64,000 nucleotides of DNA. Origin: Hydrolagus affinis. Its lineage: Eukaryota. The notes under the pieces were generated by a model that did no database searches, had not been told where the DNA came from, and was given only the letters and a program-made list of their open reading frames with translations. The stretch's first letter is position 1. Each line of letters begins with the position of its first letter. The stretch covers positions 1 through 64,000 of the forward strand of contig JAAILG010000595.1 in assembly GCA_012026655.1 (NCBI GenBank). Direction: 5' to 3'. The position numbers and the translations under genes were made by a program. Below, one piece after another: positions 63,656-64,000 of the stretch.

Positions 63656-64000
63656 TCAGTACCATTTTTAACACTCATAATGAAATCCATAGATATGTGA
63701 TGCAGTAATTAGCACTTCACATACCACATTCTCCCCCTCCCCCACACCCCCACTCATCAATTTGGCTTAGGTTAAGATACTTCTGCTCAGCAAGAGCTAG
63801 CCTGTTTGTGACACTCTGAAGCACCTATATGGGTTCACACTTAACCTTGCGTTTCGCCCACAAAACATACAGTCAATTCACTTTACAGTATATTTCTGTG
63901 AAGTGCTTTGAGACATCTTGAAGGCCTGAAACGACGCTGTATCAAATAAAGAGATAGGTTGATTATTATATAATATATTATCAGAGATAGCTTTCGCTGG

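Noticed and set aside
1-64000. CRISPR arrays, operons or other prokaryotic systems
   Set aside because: Eukaryotic intron-exon DNA; the repeats are dispersed retroposons, not regularly spaced direct repeats.

Overview
Vertebrate genomic DNA. The repeat content (tRNA-head/Deu-type SINEs with L2-like tails, shark-type CR1 3' ends) suggests a cartilaginous fish, possibly a holocephalan such as elephant shark; this is inference. The window holds two convergent intron-containing genes. (1) The last three coding exons of an adrenodoxin/FDX1-family gene on + (832-959, 1623-1752, 3583-3694); exon 1 was not found and presumably lies upstream of the window. (2) A nearly complete 15-exon ARHGAP20-family gene (PH-like, RA and RhoGAP domains) on - from about 42.5 kb down to 9191, with all visible GT-AG junctions phase-consistent and the start of exon 14 lost in a 100-N gap. 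The rest is intronic or intergenic and dominated by about 40 copies or fragments of a young tRNA-derived SINE, plus older Deu-domain SINEs, CR1 and L2 3' fragments and three TA-flanked Tigger/mariner-type MITEs. The most striking unexplained item is a 100-bp insertion at 3998-4097, flanked by a perfect 13-bp target-site duplication. It carries a minimal type-I hammerhead ribozyme motif of the Penelope-like-element kind, in sense orientation about 300 nt after the FDX1 stop and upstream of the first canonical poly(A) hexamer. I found no convincing novel multi-gene system. A possible unrecognised spliced ORF at about 61.3-62.5 kb is flagged as speculative. Repeat-family names are from recalled consensus similarity, not from database searches.
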